Source of the DNA: Camelus dromedarius
Taxonomy: Eukaryota
NCBI RefSeq assembly: GCF_036321535.1
Contig: NC_087436.1
Span: 63,428,001 to 63,492,000 of the forward strand
Direction of reading: 5' to 3'
DNA: 64,000 bases
The notes under the pieces were generated by a model. The model worked only from the letters and a program-made list of their open reading frames with translations. It did not search any database and was not told where the DNA came from. Of the stretch, positions 51,251 through 64,000 are shown one piece after another. Position numbers and translations under genes: made by a program. The stretch's first letter is position 1. Each line of letters begins with the position of its first letter.

Positions 51251-53574
51251 AAATCTACCAATATGTACTGCTGGTATAGAGCAAAGAGAATTTGTGGTAG
51301 CCTAATATACCTTTACAACTAATTAAGAGAAAATAAGGAGATATAATTGCACTAAGGCTAGTAGCTGCTGAAACTGCCTGTTTTCATATGTAATATTCCT
51401 TGCTCCTGAATGGCGTTGAGTCTTGCTTGATAGTGTACTAAAAATAGATTTTCCCCTTGACAGGAAAAATCTTCCAAAATAAATAGAATATTATCTTATT
51501 AAAAATGAAAAAAAAAATCTTGTGTTGGATTGTATTTGTGTGTAAATAAGGACTATTTCTAGGCCTAATTTCCTCTGTTCCATTTTTTCCCCTCTTTTTG
51601 TTATTTCATCAGTAGGTTCTGTGTCTTGGCATGTATGCACGTGCAAGTGTTTGTAAGAGGAAGGATGGACTCTGAGTGGCAGAACAGTATCTTTTATTTT
51701 CTATCTCATTGCCTTATCTCAGTAGTGAAAATCCAGTTCTGTTTCCCATGTTTGCCCATTTTTTTCTATATAAAATATTTCTAAATTTTTCTTATGCTCC
51801 AAATAAGCAAATATGTAGAAGTTTAGTATGCTCAGTAAGACCATTGCAATAGCATTTTAAGGCTGGTGATATTAGATGCATGTTTTAAAGCAGTTATCAC
51901 AGTCATCTTGATCTGTATCTTAATTCATTTCATGTTGCCTTAATAATTTGTGCTCGTGAAATAATGTCTGGAAGTTTTTTAGAGTGCTTGCAAATGGTTT
52001 ATCTTCTTCTCTTTTATCTGTTAAATGCATATTGCATTTTGAAGACTAACAGCATGATTGACACAGTATTTAAACTTCAGGATGAATTCATTTTATGCAA
52101 GAAAAAATGTTTCATAGCAACATATTTAAAAATCATATGAAATAAGGGGAAAAATATCTAGGCTAAAAGAAGAGTTTAAATGATTATTACTCTACTGTAC
52201 CTTTGGGGTTTGTATTAGCACAGGAAAAAATACCAGTTGAAAACCAAAATATAATAATGTTCTACATCTAGAGACTTAGCACAGTTCTATACGCATTAGA
52301 TATTTAATAAATGTTTACTAAAGATGATGGCTAAATATTCTTCCAAATGTTTTTAATACTGAAAGATGTTTTCTGAACAACCTACAAAATTGTTTTATTT
52401 TCAATATACCGAAGATTAAAAAAAATAATCATTTAGTGTTAGCATCTTAATCTATCTTCTGAGGGCCTTCCCAAATAAAGACAAATCTTTATCGATTTTG
52501 TGATTTAAACACAGGCCAATGTACTCAATACAATCTCCCACTGGCTTTGTTGGATTGTACAGGATATTATGTCTTTCACATTGTTACTACATATTACTTT
52601 TCCTAGAGGAATACATCAACTTGTAGACTTTCAATTACTGTCTGTTATCTATAAAATACCTACACAAGATTTTTTAAAATTCTCTTTAAGTATACTACCT
52701 AAAGTAGAGCTCAATAATTTTCCTCAAACTTTCTTAAACTTCTTTTTGTTGACAACTTCCTTTATCTCCATAGGTTGCCTTCCTGTGTTCCTAATCTCAA
52801 GAGTTCATAAATTTTTAATCCACTCAACTTTTTTTTCAGGCTAACATCAAGATCCATTGGTATCAACAAAAATTCTGTTTAAACGTCCTTGAAAGGAGAA
52901 TGTTATTCAATATGTTTGAAAGTCCCATATGATAATTTATCTGAATTCTCTTTTTACTATTTTGAATAATTTTATGAAAAATTAACAAAGCATATTTTAT
53001 TGATACTGTTTTCCTAAATAAACTCAGAATATTTTTAAATGCACGCAATATCCATATCATTTTAATAATAACTGCAGGGATTTTAGAATGGTAAGAGAAT
53101 AATTAAAGAAAATAACAATGAAACTTGTAAAGGCTGGAATAAAAAAATTGATTAATACTATAGTAATCTTTTTAATGTAGATAATAAGCTCCATCCAAAA
53201 ATTACAAAAGCAATAAAAATATATTTAGAATATTACTAATTATATGAAGATATTCAAGAAAAAAGCCCACGACTTTGAAATACATTTAAATAAACAAAAA
53301 TAGGTAGAGAACGTATAAAAATGTGCATTTTTAAAGTAACTAGTGTTGGCTGATGTTCCAGGGAGTACTAGGAACTAAAATTAGAAAGAGTTGCTTGTTT
53401 TATGCTCATAGAAGATTCTCAGTTATGTGATTGCCAATATCTTTAAAGAATTGAATGTGATATTATTCCAAGTAATATTATTTTTAACCACATATCATAC
53501 TTAACAAATCTAGCCCAAATATTTTTTATCAATAAGAAACAAAGTATATCTAAATTTTCTTAATATCAAAGTTT

Positions 53575-53905
53575 CAGGCTTGTGTTCCCTCCAAATTTCT
53601 ATGTTGAAATCCTAACCCTCGATGTGATGGTAGTTGCAGATGAGGGCTTTGGAAGGTAATTTAGGTCATGAATTGGATTAGCACCCTTATAAAAGGAACT
53701 CCAGAGAAGTCTCTTGGTCTTTCTGCCACATTAGGACCCAGCAAAAAATGGCCTATGATGTTTGGTGAGGAAGGAGACCTTACCAGATACCAAACCTGTC
53801 ACCCTCTTGACCTTGGACTTCTTTCCTCCAGAACTGTAATAAATGTTTGTTTAAGCCACTCACTCTATGGTATTTTTGTTATAGTAGTCCAGGCTGACTA
53901 AGATA
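53575..53905 (+). mobile_element. MaLR solo LTR (MLT1A-like)
   Basis: 'tgtgttccctccaaatttctatgttgaaatcctaaccc...cttgaccttggacttc...ctccagaactgtaataaatg...ttaagccac...gactaagata'. Confidence 0.9.
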
Positions 53906-54119
53906 AGGCCTGAGTCCCTTCTGTTTCATCTGAATTGATTGATTTTTATACTTTACCATTCTTTCATTCTGTAAATATTTACTGAGACCCCATTATACGT
54001 TAAAGGGAGAAGATGCACTTGATTTCACCGTGCTTTTGACACCTAGCCAGAACCCCACCACAACCACCTGTTATCTGCCTTTGCTTTTTATTTCTATTTC
54101 TAGATCAGTACTTTCCCCT

Positions 54120-54540
54120 TTCTAATGAGAATTCAGTTTTCCTAAAACACACAGTACCAGCACTCTCTGCACATTGCAGCTATTCTCCCTGTTATGCTTT
54201 CTCTTCCTTGAAGACATTAGAACTCTGTTTTCTAGACTTTTATTCATTGCTACACATGCCTTGTGATTTTTAATAGCGATTCTGATTCTCCCAGCACCCT
54301 AGTATCTTATTTCCTTGACTTCCTCACCTCCAGTGACCTTATTCCTCACCTTTTCTCACCTATCAATTCGTACATTCAGATCTCAAACACTATCAGTAAT
54401 GGCACCACATTCAAGCCTCAACTGAAATTATCCTTTTCTTTGACAACCCCTGACTGTCTGGTTCATTTCTTTTCATACTTCCCTTCTACAAAATTTGGAC
54501 TCTTCCAGGCACTATCACATCCTTCATATTATTACTTACA
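54120..54540 (+). mobile_element. L2 internal remnant
   Basis: 'ttctcttccttgaagac', 'ttccttgacttcctcacctccagtgacctt'. Confidence 0.5.
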
Positions 54541-55728
54541 TTAGTATACAGAACTTGCAGAAGCAATACTAGAGTTTGACTTCAAGTTTCCTAAAGAAAA
54601 TACCAACATCATTTTTGAAAGATGCTGTTCTCCTTCTCCTGCCCCTCCACACTTTGGACCTCTTCAACATATATAAACCATGAATAGGTGTGCTTTTTAG
54701 ACTTAGAGATGTAGACATAGGTCTGCGTGTCATAGACATATAGACAATGATACACTTAGCTTATAAATCAACTCCTAATTGAAACAATTAATTCTCATGA
54801 TAACTGCAACATGCTAGCCCTTTACCATGCCTGTTAAATATTTATCCTTAAAGCACATTTATTTCAAAAGAATAAAAGAAACAGGCTTGAAAACAGTCAG
54901 AAATAAGTTAGCCCCTGAAGGTCACTGGAAACACTTGACATCAGGCTCTGAGTAACATTTTCTTTCTTGCACTACTTGTTCTATATTCTCAGTCCCTTAG
55001 ACTAGAGAGTAAATCTACTGCCTGAGCACTCATTGACATTGAGAATATGAATATAGTGGAGAAAATATCAGACTATTGTTTAATTTTTGTAGTGAGAGAA
55101 TAGAAAACTTTCTTCAACAATTTCATCAAGATGGAGCATAATTTGGTAGTAAATCTCTAAAAGAACACCAGTTTGCTATTAAGAAAAAGAATTAAGTGTA
55201 GGATATCCACAGTAATAGATTTGTAAAATACACCCTAAGTTCTACTTTATTTCATATTTGTTTCTATATTTCTAAATTATTTCATCTTTATGTTAAGATA
55301 AAAACTTTTTTATATTTAACATTTAGCATATGAAGTTTATATCTTTATAGTCAGAATATATTTGAATATTTGAGTCAATTTAATGAAAAGCCCTTGGGCT
55401 AGGTACTTAGTAAATCTTGAAAACTAGCCCTAATTCTTAACAATGTTAATAAAAATATTTCTTCATAAGGGTCTTGTAAAAATGAAAAAGAATTGTATTG
55501 GGGCAAATCACGTTAGAGTTGGGATGATTATCCATATTGGTGAGATGTTTTTCACACTTCTCAATTTCTGTGTGAAGGTTTCAGTTCTGCATCTGGCTGC
55601 TTGATTTCTGATGCACATTGAACCGTCTCCAATCAATAACACATAATACCTGAATCACTGATCACTACCATACAATATAACCTCAGACTTTCTACAAATC
55701 ACATTACAAATCAGAAACTAACTAACTG

Positions 55729-57695
55729 AGCTGTTCAGTTTCCCAGTACCATTTACTGAAGAGACTGTCTTTTCTCCATTGTATATTTTTGGCTCTTTTG
55801 CTATAAATTAAATGACTATATATGGCTGGGTTTATATCTGGACTGTATTCTGTTCCATTGATCTATTGTCAGTGCTTATGTCAATGCCATACTGTTTTGA
55901 TTACTATTGCTGTGTAATATAGTCTAAAATCAGGACGCATGATGCCTTCATCTTTTTTTTTCTTAATAGCCAAGGCTGCTTTGTTTATTTTCTGTCTTCT
56001 GCAGTTAAATGCAAATTTTAAAATTGTTCTATTTCTGCAGAAAAAGTGCCATTGGAATTTTGACAGAGATTACATTGAATCTGTAGATTGACTTTGATAG
56101 TATAAATATTTTAACAGTATTAATTCTTTTGGTCCATGAGCATGGATATCTTTCTACTTATATTTGTCTTCATCAGTTTCTTTAATCAATGTCTTAGAGT
56201 TTTCAGTGTATAGGTCTTTACTTTCCCTGATTAAATTTATCCCTACATATTCTATTTTTTTGATGCAATTGCAATGGAATTTTTTTTTTAATTTCTTTAT
56301 CTGATAGTTACTAGGGTATAGAAACACATTGGAGTTTTATTTATTTATTTTTTTTTTGTATCCAGCAACTTTACTAAATTCATTTATTAGTCCAAACGAT
56401 TTCTTTTCTTTTTCATGTTGGTGAAGTTGTTAGGATTTTCTATATATAATAACAAGTGACCATTGTACTGTTTCCTTTCCATTTTGATGACTTTTTTTCT
56501 TTTTCTTGCCTAATTTCCCTAGTTAGGGACTCCAAAACTATGTTGAATAAAAGTGGTGAGAGTAGGCATTCTTGTCTGTTCCTGATCTTCAGGAAGTGCT
56601 GTCAACTTTTTACTGTTAAGTATGATGTTACCTGTAGGGTTGTCATACATGGCCTTTATTATGTTAATGTACATTCCCTGTATAGCCACTTTGTTGAGAG
56701 TTATCATAAATGGATGTTGAATTCTGTCAAATGTTTTCTTCTGCATATACTGTGATAATCATATGATCCTTATCCTTCATTCTGTTAATGTGTTGTAACA
56801 CTGATGGATATGCCAGTGTTAAGCCATCCTCACATTCCTGGAATAAATCTCAATTGTTTATGATTCTTTTAATGTATTTTTGAACATGGTTTGCTCGTAT
56901 TTAGTTGAGGATTTTACATCTATGTTCATCAGAGATATTGCCTGTAGTTTCTGTGTGATACCTTTGTCAGGTTTCTGTACAGGGTAATGCTGGCCTCATA
57001 ATGTGTATTTAGAAGTTATTATTCTCTCCTCTTCTGTTTCTTGGAAGAGTTTGTGAATAATCGGTATTAATTCTTCTTTAAATGTTTGGCAGAATGCACC
57101 AGAGAAGCCATCTAGTTCTGGACTTCTGTTTGTTGGGAGGTTTTTGATTCTTGATTCAGTTTCCCAGGAGTAATCAGTCTGTTCAGATTTTCTGTTTCTG
57201 AGTCTTGGTAGGTTGTATATTTCTAGGAATTTGTCCACTTCATCTAGGTTGTCCATTTTTGATATACTATTTTTAATAGTAGTGTCTTATGATTCTTTGC
57301 AGTTCTATAATATGGTCTATAACATCTTCTCTTTCATTTCTGATTTTAATTAAATTCTCTTTTTTCTTGGTGAGTCTAATTAAATGCTTGTTAATTTTGT
57401 TTATCTTTTTTAAAAAAACAGCTCTTGGTTTCATTGGTTTTTTATATTTTGAGGTCTCTATTTTATTTATTTGTGCTCTCATTTTTATTTTCTTCCTCCT
57501 CCTAACTTCGGACTTCATTTCTTATTTTTCTAGCTCCCTAAGGTGTAAAGTTAGGTTGTATTTTAGGATGCTTTTGCTGCATCCCAATTGTTTTGGTAAG
57601 TTTTATTTCCATTTCCATTTGTCTCAAAGTATTTTTTAATTTCTCTTTTGATTTCTCCTTTGACCCATTTGTTGTTCAGTAACTTGTTAAATAAT
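55729..57695 (-). mobile_element. LINE-1 ORF2 fragment (RT region) without 3'UTR or poly(A)
   Basis: ORFs 56519-56746 ([31 protein letters not shown]), 56996-57256 (DNLDEVDKFLE.YNLPRL) and 57273-57518 are L1 ORF2 peptides. Confidence 0.95.
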
Positions 57696-57999
57696 TGGTT
57701 ATTAGTGGTGAACATATTAGAGGAACATATCAGAGTCTTTGTGAAATGGTTTTTAATGTGTATGTAGCTCTAGCTTCAAGAAATATAAGAATCAAGAAAG
57801 TTAGAAAGGGAAGATTGACCTATTCAATTTGGGGGAAAAAAGCACCACAGTGATACTGATATACATACTCATCACATCTTAAGAACTTCTGTTCCAAATA
57901 TTTTGTTTAATTTTCCATATATATGACTGTATCTATATAGTTGTTTGAACTGAATTTCTAGTGGAAGTTATGCCTTGTGGCTTCAACATGACAATAGCC

Positions 58000-58670
58000 C
58001 TCTAATGTTTCTCTTCACTTCTGTTCTTTTTGCCTCCTCTATTCCATCCATTAAATCCAGAGCAATAGGTTTGAAATACATATTTGCTCATGCCCCTGTC
58101 CCTACTTAAAAACATATTCTCTTTCCATTATGCTTAGGCTAATGACTAAGTATATTAACATGCTCTGTTAATGAATTCACATGAACTTCCATGCATGGGC
58201 TCACGACCACACATCTTCATCCCCTTGTCTTTTGTGTATTCTGGTACTCTCTTTCCACTCCTCAGTTCTCCCATTCCCCTCAGACCTTTACAACTTTAGT
58301 ACCCTCCATCTGGACTATTTTACCTGCTCTCTTTCCCCTCACACATACTCTTCCTCGCCATCTGTTTAACACTCTGTTCTGTTTTGAGCTTAAACTCACC
58401 TCTTCAAGGAATCGTTTCCTTATCTTCCCAAATGGATTGATTCTTCTTATGTTCTCTCACATATCTTGTACATTTCAGTTATAGCACTTATCACATGTTA
58501 ATTTTAATTTATTAATTATTTATGTGATTATTTTCTTAGCATTTATCTCATCCACATGGTAATAAGCTCCCTGAGGCAGGAACCTTATGTCTTTTTGGTT
58601 TAAAATTGTGTTCTGGTTGTTATCTCACTACCCAGCATATAGTAGATAATAGATATTGTTAAATGAAAGG
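58000..58670 (+). mobile_element. L2 3' end
   Basis: 'ccagagcaat...ctacttaaaaac', 'tagcacttatcaca', 'taagctccctgaggcaggaacc', 'catatagtagat...ttgttaaatgaa'. Confidence 0.75.
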
Positions 58671-59597
58671 CAGTATACAACATCTCTACCTTTAGTGGTT
58701 GTCCCATTATTTTAAATTTTAATGTGTTGTCATCATCTAACAAGTTTATAGTTACTCTAGCTTATAATAATGTTTCTAATCCTTGCAACTATAATTAATA
58801 TACACCATTCCCCAAATGAGTTAAGGTCGAGAGACGAAGTTCCGGGGTGTCTCGTAGCTTCTCAGAATTGTCCCTATGTAGCTCGGGTATTGATATTTTA
58901 AGATTTTACTTCATTCTTTAGGCAAATAAGATATTTCATATTTGTATTACCAAAAAAATTTTTATTTAATGTAAAAATGATCATAATGTTTGTAAGTATT
59001 TGGACTGTATTACTATATTTGTTTTATATTCTTATATATTGTCAATAGCTCTCAATAAGGTCACCACTTTACGCAATCATCATCTACCCACCAAATTCCC
59101 ACATTTTAATGCTTACTCTTTTTTCTAAAGCATTAGGAATTACTGAACTTCTTTAAATACTATCGTCTTTGATTTTTCATAAAGTGTTCTTTTTACTACC
59201 ATCCATTAATCTTTTCTCCACCTTCCTCTTTCTACCCTTGACACTTGGGTTTCTCCTGGGACTGACCCTTTAGCCTTCACTTTAAGTCTAGATATTTAAC
59301 TGATGGAATTGTATCCATTACCATGATTTGTAACACCAATAGTGACCTATGTGTTTGCTCTCAATTATATATTTCTCCCAAATGCTAAATAAAGATATTA
59401 AATTTGTTAAATTAAGTGTTTTGAGGATGCTCTATTTTCTAGGCATTTTTAGAGGGGCTGGAGATACAGTGCCTACAATATCATTCTTACATGGTTGGAT
59501 ACTACTAAGCGTCATACATGATACTCAATGTGCCCCAAACTGAAGTCAACAGACTAATCTTCATCCTCTACTACCAACCTCCAGAGCATTCTCTTCC

Positions 59598-60778
59598 TCT
59601 TTTTATCCAGTTGAGATAATTGACATACAACAGGGTATAAGTTTATGGTATGTAGCATAATAATTTGACTTACATATATTGTAAAATGATTACCACAATT
59701 GCTTTAGTTAATGCTCATCATCTCATATAGATACAAAAAACATTTTTCCTTGTGATAAGATTTCTCTAGATTTACTCTCTTAACAACTTTCCTATTTATC
59801 ATAGAGCAGCATTAACTATAGGCATCATATTGTACATTACATCTCTAGTACTTATATATTTTATAACTGGAAGTTTGTACCCTTAGACCACTTCATCCAA
59901 TTCTCCCTCCCTTTCCTCTGGTAATCACAAACTTGACCTCTTCTATGAATTTGGGGGTTTTTTTTTGGTTATTTAAGATTCTATGTATAAGTGAGATCAT
60001 AAGTATTTGTCTCTCTCTGACTGACTTATTTTACTTAGCATAATGACCACAAGGTCCATCCACATTGTTGCAAATGGCAGGATTTCCTTCTTTTAATGGC
60101 TAAATAGTATTTCATTTTATATTTATATATACTTTTTACATTTTCTTTACTCATCTTAGTGGACACTTAGGTTGTTTCCATGTCTTGGCTATTTTTAATA
60201 ATGCTGTTATGAACATGGGGGTGCAGATACATCTTTGGCATAGTGTTTTTATTATCCTTCAGATATATCCCAGAAGTGGAATTGCTAGATGATGTTTTAG
60301 TTCTATTTTTTAATCTATTGAGCAGCCTCATACTTTTTTTTTCATACTTGCTATACTAGTTTATATCCCACCAACAATGCACAATGGTTTCTTTTTCTCT
60401 ACATCCTTGACAGCATTTGTTAACTCTTTTGACAGTAGCCATTCTAACAGGCATAAGGTGATAACTCATAGTTTTGATTTGCATTTTCCTTATGATTAGT
60501 GATATCGATCACCTTCTCATGTACCTGTTGGACATTCATGTACCTTCTTAACAAAAATATTTATTCAGGTCCTTTGCCCATTGGATTATTTGGTTTTTGC
60601 TATTGAGTTATATGAGTCCTTTATATATCTTACATATTAACCTCTTATTAAATATGATTTGAAGTTTTTTTTTATTCTCTAGGTTTGCTTTTCAATATGT
60701 TGATCATTCTTTTGCCATCTAGACATTTTTTAGTTTGATGTGACCCCACTTGATTATTTTTTATTTTGTTACTGTGTT
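59598..60778 (-). mobile_element. 5'-truncated LINE-1 (L1MA9-like 3' end)
   Basis: 'attgtaaaatgattaccacaat...catcatctcatatag', 'ttataactggaagtttgtacc', 'gagatcataagtatttgtc'; possible decayed TSD ttctcttcctct / tcctcttgctct. Confidence 0.92.
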
Positions 60779-60964
60779 CCTCTTGCTCTGATTACTGCTA
60801 CACCAAATGTAATTTAACCTCAAATACAAATATGTCTGTATCTTTTCTTTCACATACACATTATTACAAAAATTACATTATAACTTCTTCTAAAATCTTT
60901 GTAATCCCATCCTCACTGCTACTACTTTTCTTTAGTCTCTATGTGATAATTGGACTAGACCAAC

Positions 60965-61519
60965 TGAGAAACTGAATATACAAATGAACAATGGCCAGAC
61001 AATGTATAAAAATAGGAATTTATCTCACAACACGCAGCAACCTGTCCAGAAAACCAACCCTTTTATGTACAATAACAAACCCAGGGAGCCAATCGGTCAT
61101 AAATCAGACTTATAGGAACTCAGAACACTATCTCTAGTAACGATCCAGGAAGCTAAACAGTAACTTCTATAAAAATTGGCCCCAAATGGTTAGGACTTGA
61201 TTAGTAACTGCTAGCTTCCCTAATTTCTGCCCCGATTCTAACTTAGGACCAACCAGATAAAGCCAAATATGCACCACTAACCAATCACGCAGGATGCCTA
61301 TTTCTAGTTAGCCCACCTCCAGCTTCCCCATGCCAATGGCCTGCAGTCAGGGCATACCTGAGGTCTTCCCTTTTTTCATTATAAAGCTTTCCTACACCTC
61401 TGTGTGCCTTTGAGTCTCAGCCAGAATGCAAGTGATGGTGGCTGACTCCCTTGCTATAGGAAGCTCTGAATAAATAACCTTGCTTGTTCTCATTTGGTTG
61501 GTCTTCATTTATTTCCACA
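60965..61519 (+). mobile_element. ERV1 solo LTR (MER34/MER39-like)
   Basis: TG...CA ends; flanks CAAC / CATC (4-bp TSD with one mismatch); CCAAT boxes; TATAAA at 61380-61385; AATAAA at 61469-61474. Confidence 0.85.
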
Positions 61520-62329
61520 CATCCACACAACAAAGTCCTGACTAGTCTCTTCCATTCCTTGGACATTTCCAGTTAGTTTTGTTCTACAACTAGAGTGATA
61601 TTCCAAAACTCAGAACCTGTATTGTCACTGATTTGCGAATCTATTGACAGGCCCCCACTGCCTTGGGGACTGAACTAAAGTTCTTAAGCTGATCACACAA
61701 GGCCCCAGTCTCAACTCTTACTGTTTCCTTAAGTACAACATCTTGCTGATCTCATAATACACGGAACACTTTCATTCCTCCAATTGTTTGAACAATCTGT
61801 TGTCATTTCCTGTAATGAGTTTGTCTGTTTTATTCACCTGATTAACTCTTTTCTTTTCCTTTGAGACTGGGTTAACTTTTCCCTTAAAGAATCGGTGCTA
61901 CCCCCAAGTCTTTTGAATTTTCCTCTTCTATAATCCAATAATATCCTGAGGTTACTTTTATTTATAATTATTAAGATCATACTTTTTAATATACTTTCAT
62001 GTAACTCCTGTTAAGCTGTAAATCTTGAGTGTGAAGTTTCAGTTTTAATCAGTTTTCTATCCACAGAAATTAGACCAATTCCTACAGCATAGGCTCTCAA
62101 ATAATACTGGCTATTTCATTTCTGGCCTTGACTTAATTGTTACCCATGTAAAGTATCTACTAACTGATAACCAGTGAATATAATGTATTAATACTATTTT
62201 TCAACCTAAGAACTTGCCGTTTTGACTGTCACCCTCCTCATCATCAATAATCATGTACCTCTTTCCTGATGGGCAGCATCAAAAAGAACTAACAGAAACA
62301 ATGCAGTAAATACGTCCTACAGGGTTTAT

Positions 62330-62980
62330 TGAGTATTGGACAGATTTCAAGTGCCTCCTCCTATTCACTCAGGACCATCATTTCCCAGACCCTTAGCCAC
62401 TGAGTATAATAGCTTAAGCCCATGTGGTTTTGCTGCCTGGAGTAGACTAGATGTTTGCTTAGTGGAGCTGGACCTTCTTAGTTTATTTCCATATAGTCAC
62501 ACCAATCTGCCACATGACCTCACTTCATGATTTCTCTCACCACTTACCAATTGAATGAGGCACCCACCATAGAGCATGAGGTCTGGCTTCCTAACTAAGT
62601 AAAGAAAGGTTAGCACATACATATTGGAAGTAAAGTGGAGCTTTTTCCCTATGGGGAAACATTGGCCATTGATAAAGAAGTCTACAGAGATTTGGGCAAA
62701 CAAATTTGCCCTTTTTCCTACCCCCCTCCCCGACCATTGGGTACACCTTGCTGGGGAGATATGTCCTATGTTGCTGAATAGGTGAACCCGCTGAGCAGCT
62801 GGCTGCATCTCTTTGCATTATTGGTGAATTTGATGAAGTACCACTTGCATTGCTTCCCATGCTTCCCTGTTTCACCTGCCATTTCCCTTATTCTTCTTGC
62901 CTTTTGATTGTACCTCCTAAATCAAAGACTAGCAATAATCCTTGCCTCAGGTTTTGTTTTCTAGGGATCAAGGTCTAAAA
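62330..62980 (+). mobile_element. Old ERVL-type LTR (LTR16/LTR67-like)
   Basis: 3' end 'ttgtacctcctaaatcaaag...ccttgcctcaggttttgttttctagggatcaaggtctaaaata'. Confidence 0.5.
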
Positions 62981-64000
62981 TAGGATGGATATAAATGTTA
63001 GCCTGCAAAAGAGCTTATAATTTAGATGAAAAAACATTATGTCACCAACAGCAACAGAAATCTTGTCTTTGTCAACACGAAGCTCTTAGCCTCTTTATAT
63101 TGTTACATATAGATCTAGTAGAATGCTAATGTCAAAATCTCCAGAATTTGTGCATGTACTTGTTCTATGCAAAACCTGTGCTGAGACAGTGAAAAATATC
63201 AATAGGTATCTGGTAAGAAAAGTAAAGCTTGTAACATGTTTATATTTAGAAACCAGTTTAGAGGGTTACTCTATTCCAAATATCCTTGGAATAGGTTCAA
63301 AGGACAGAAAACCCAGTGATCCCCAATGTTGTGAGCCCTGTTAGGGTCCTAGATGGGGTCTGAGGACGTGACCTGTGTGCACATTTTGCTTCCCACTTGC
63401 CCTTTTCTGTGTTAGTCCTTGAAAACCTCTGACTTAAAGGCTTTGAGGAAAAAAATGAACAAAAGGTATAATCAAATACAGAAAAGCAGACATTTGCTGC
63501 AATTGATGCCTGACAAAGCTGTAAACTGTTCGTGAACGGTGCAGACATATGCTTGCCACAGTAGGAGTAAATAGGCCTGCTAGCGCAGAGCCCATGAAGC
63601 CAGGGATCCTGTGGAGTCTTTTGTAAGTTCTGTATAGAAAGGGAGGTGTTTGTTGCGTCCAAATATGTGCACTGGTTGCTTTAAAAAAAATAGAAAACCC
63701 ATCATCTCTACAACAGTGGCTGTTTAGCAATATTGGCACTGTGAAGGCAACTTAATCTACTTGAAAATGACATTGAATTTGATGTCATGTTATGCTTCAA
63801 AAGAGTATCTCTGTACACAGAGAAAGATTGCAGTTCAGCAGCGCTGGCTTCATGGGACAGGAAGAAAGATTTTAACTGAAGTGTGGGTGTGGGGCTGTAC
63901 ATGCCTGGCTGCATTCTCTGTTATCAACATGAGTGTACCAGGATGAGAAAAGAAACAAAAGTTCATTGCCAGATGGTAATAAGGACTTCAAACTGAGTGA

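Larger units (their letters stand above)
59100..62110 (+). mobile_element. L2 remnant split by an L1 and an ERV1 LTR
   Basis: L2-like pieces at about 59100-59600, 60790-60960 and 61525-62110 ('ctagagtgatattccaaaa...cccccactgcctt...cacacaaggccc', 'catagg ctctcaaataat'). Confidence 0.6.

Noticed and set aside
63297..63914. Three overlapping minus-strand ORFs (121, 101 and 68 aa) as a gene or pseudogene
   Set aside because: No recognisable protein. Overlap in different frames fits stop-poor composition rather than coding.
1..64000. A novel prokaryote-style system (CRISPR array, defence operon, retron, etc.)
   Set aside because: The DNA is mammalian and repeat-rich. It has no regularly spaced repeat-spacer array and no gene-dense ORFs; the only RT-like peptides are decayed LINE-1 ORF2.

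Overview
AT-rich, CpG-depleted mammalian genomic DNA that looks intronic or intergenic. It is not prokaryotic: there are no operons, CRISPR arrays, rRNA or tRNA genes. A large share of the window is interspersed repeats: several LINE-1 copies of different ages (one near-full-length, about 5.9 kb at 36.9-42.9 kb on the minus strand, with broken ORF2 and partly deleted ORF1), decayed L2 and MIR, MaLR/ERVL/ERV1 solo LTRs, MER5-type hAT remnants and a Tigger2/MER8-type MITE with intact TIRs. The style of the youngest L1 3' ends, together with no recognisable Alu, B1/B2, Bov-tA, CHR, PRE-1 or SINEC SINEs, suggests a cetartiodactyl, possibly a camelid (inference). I recognise no host protein-coding gene. 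The only recognisable peptides in the ORF track are LINE-1 ORF2 fragments; the rest look like chance ORFs. I found no evidence of a new biological system. The best leads are regulatory: a CpG-retaining, promoter-like patch at 14.7-15.1 kb with a BANP-type TCTCGCGA motif inside MER5-like remnants, several motif-dense unique segments, and a few exon-shaped stretches. Repeat family names come from remembered consensus sequences, and boundaries are approximate unless TSDs or TIRs are quoted.
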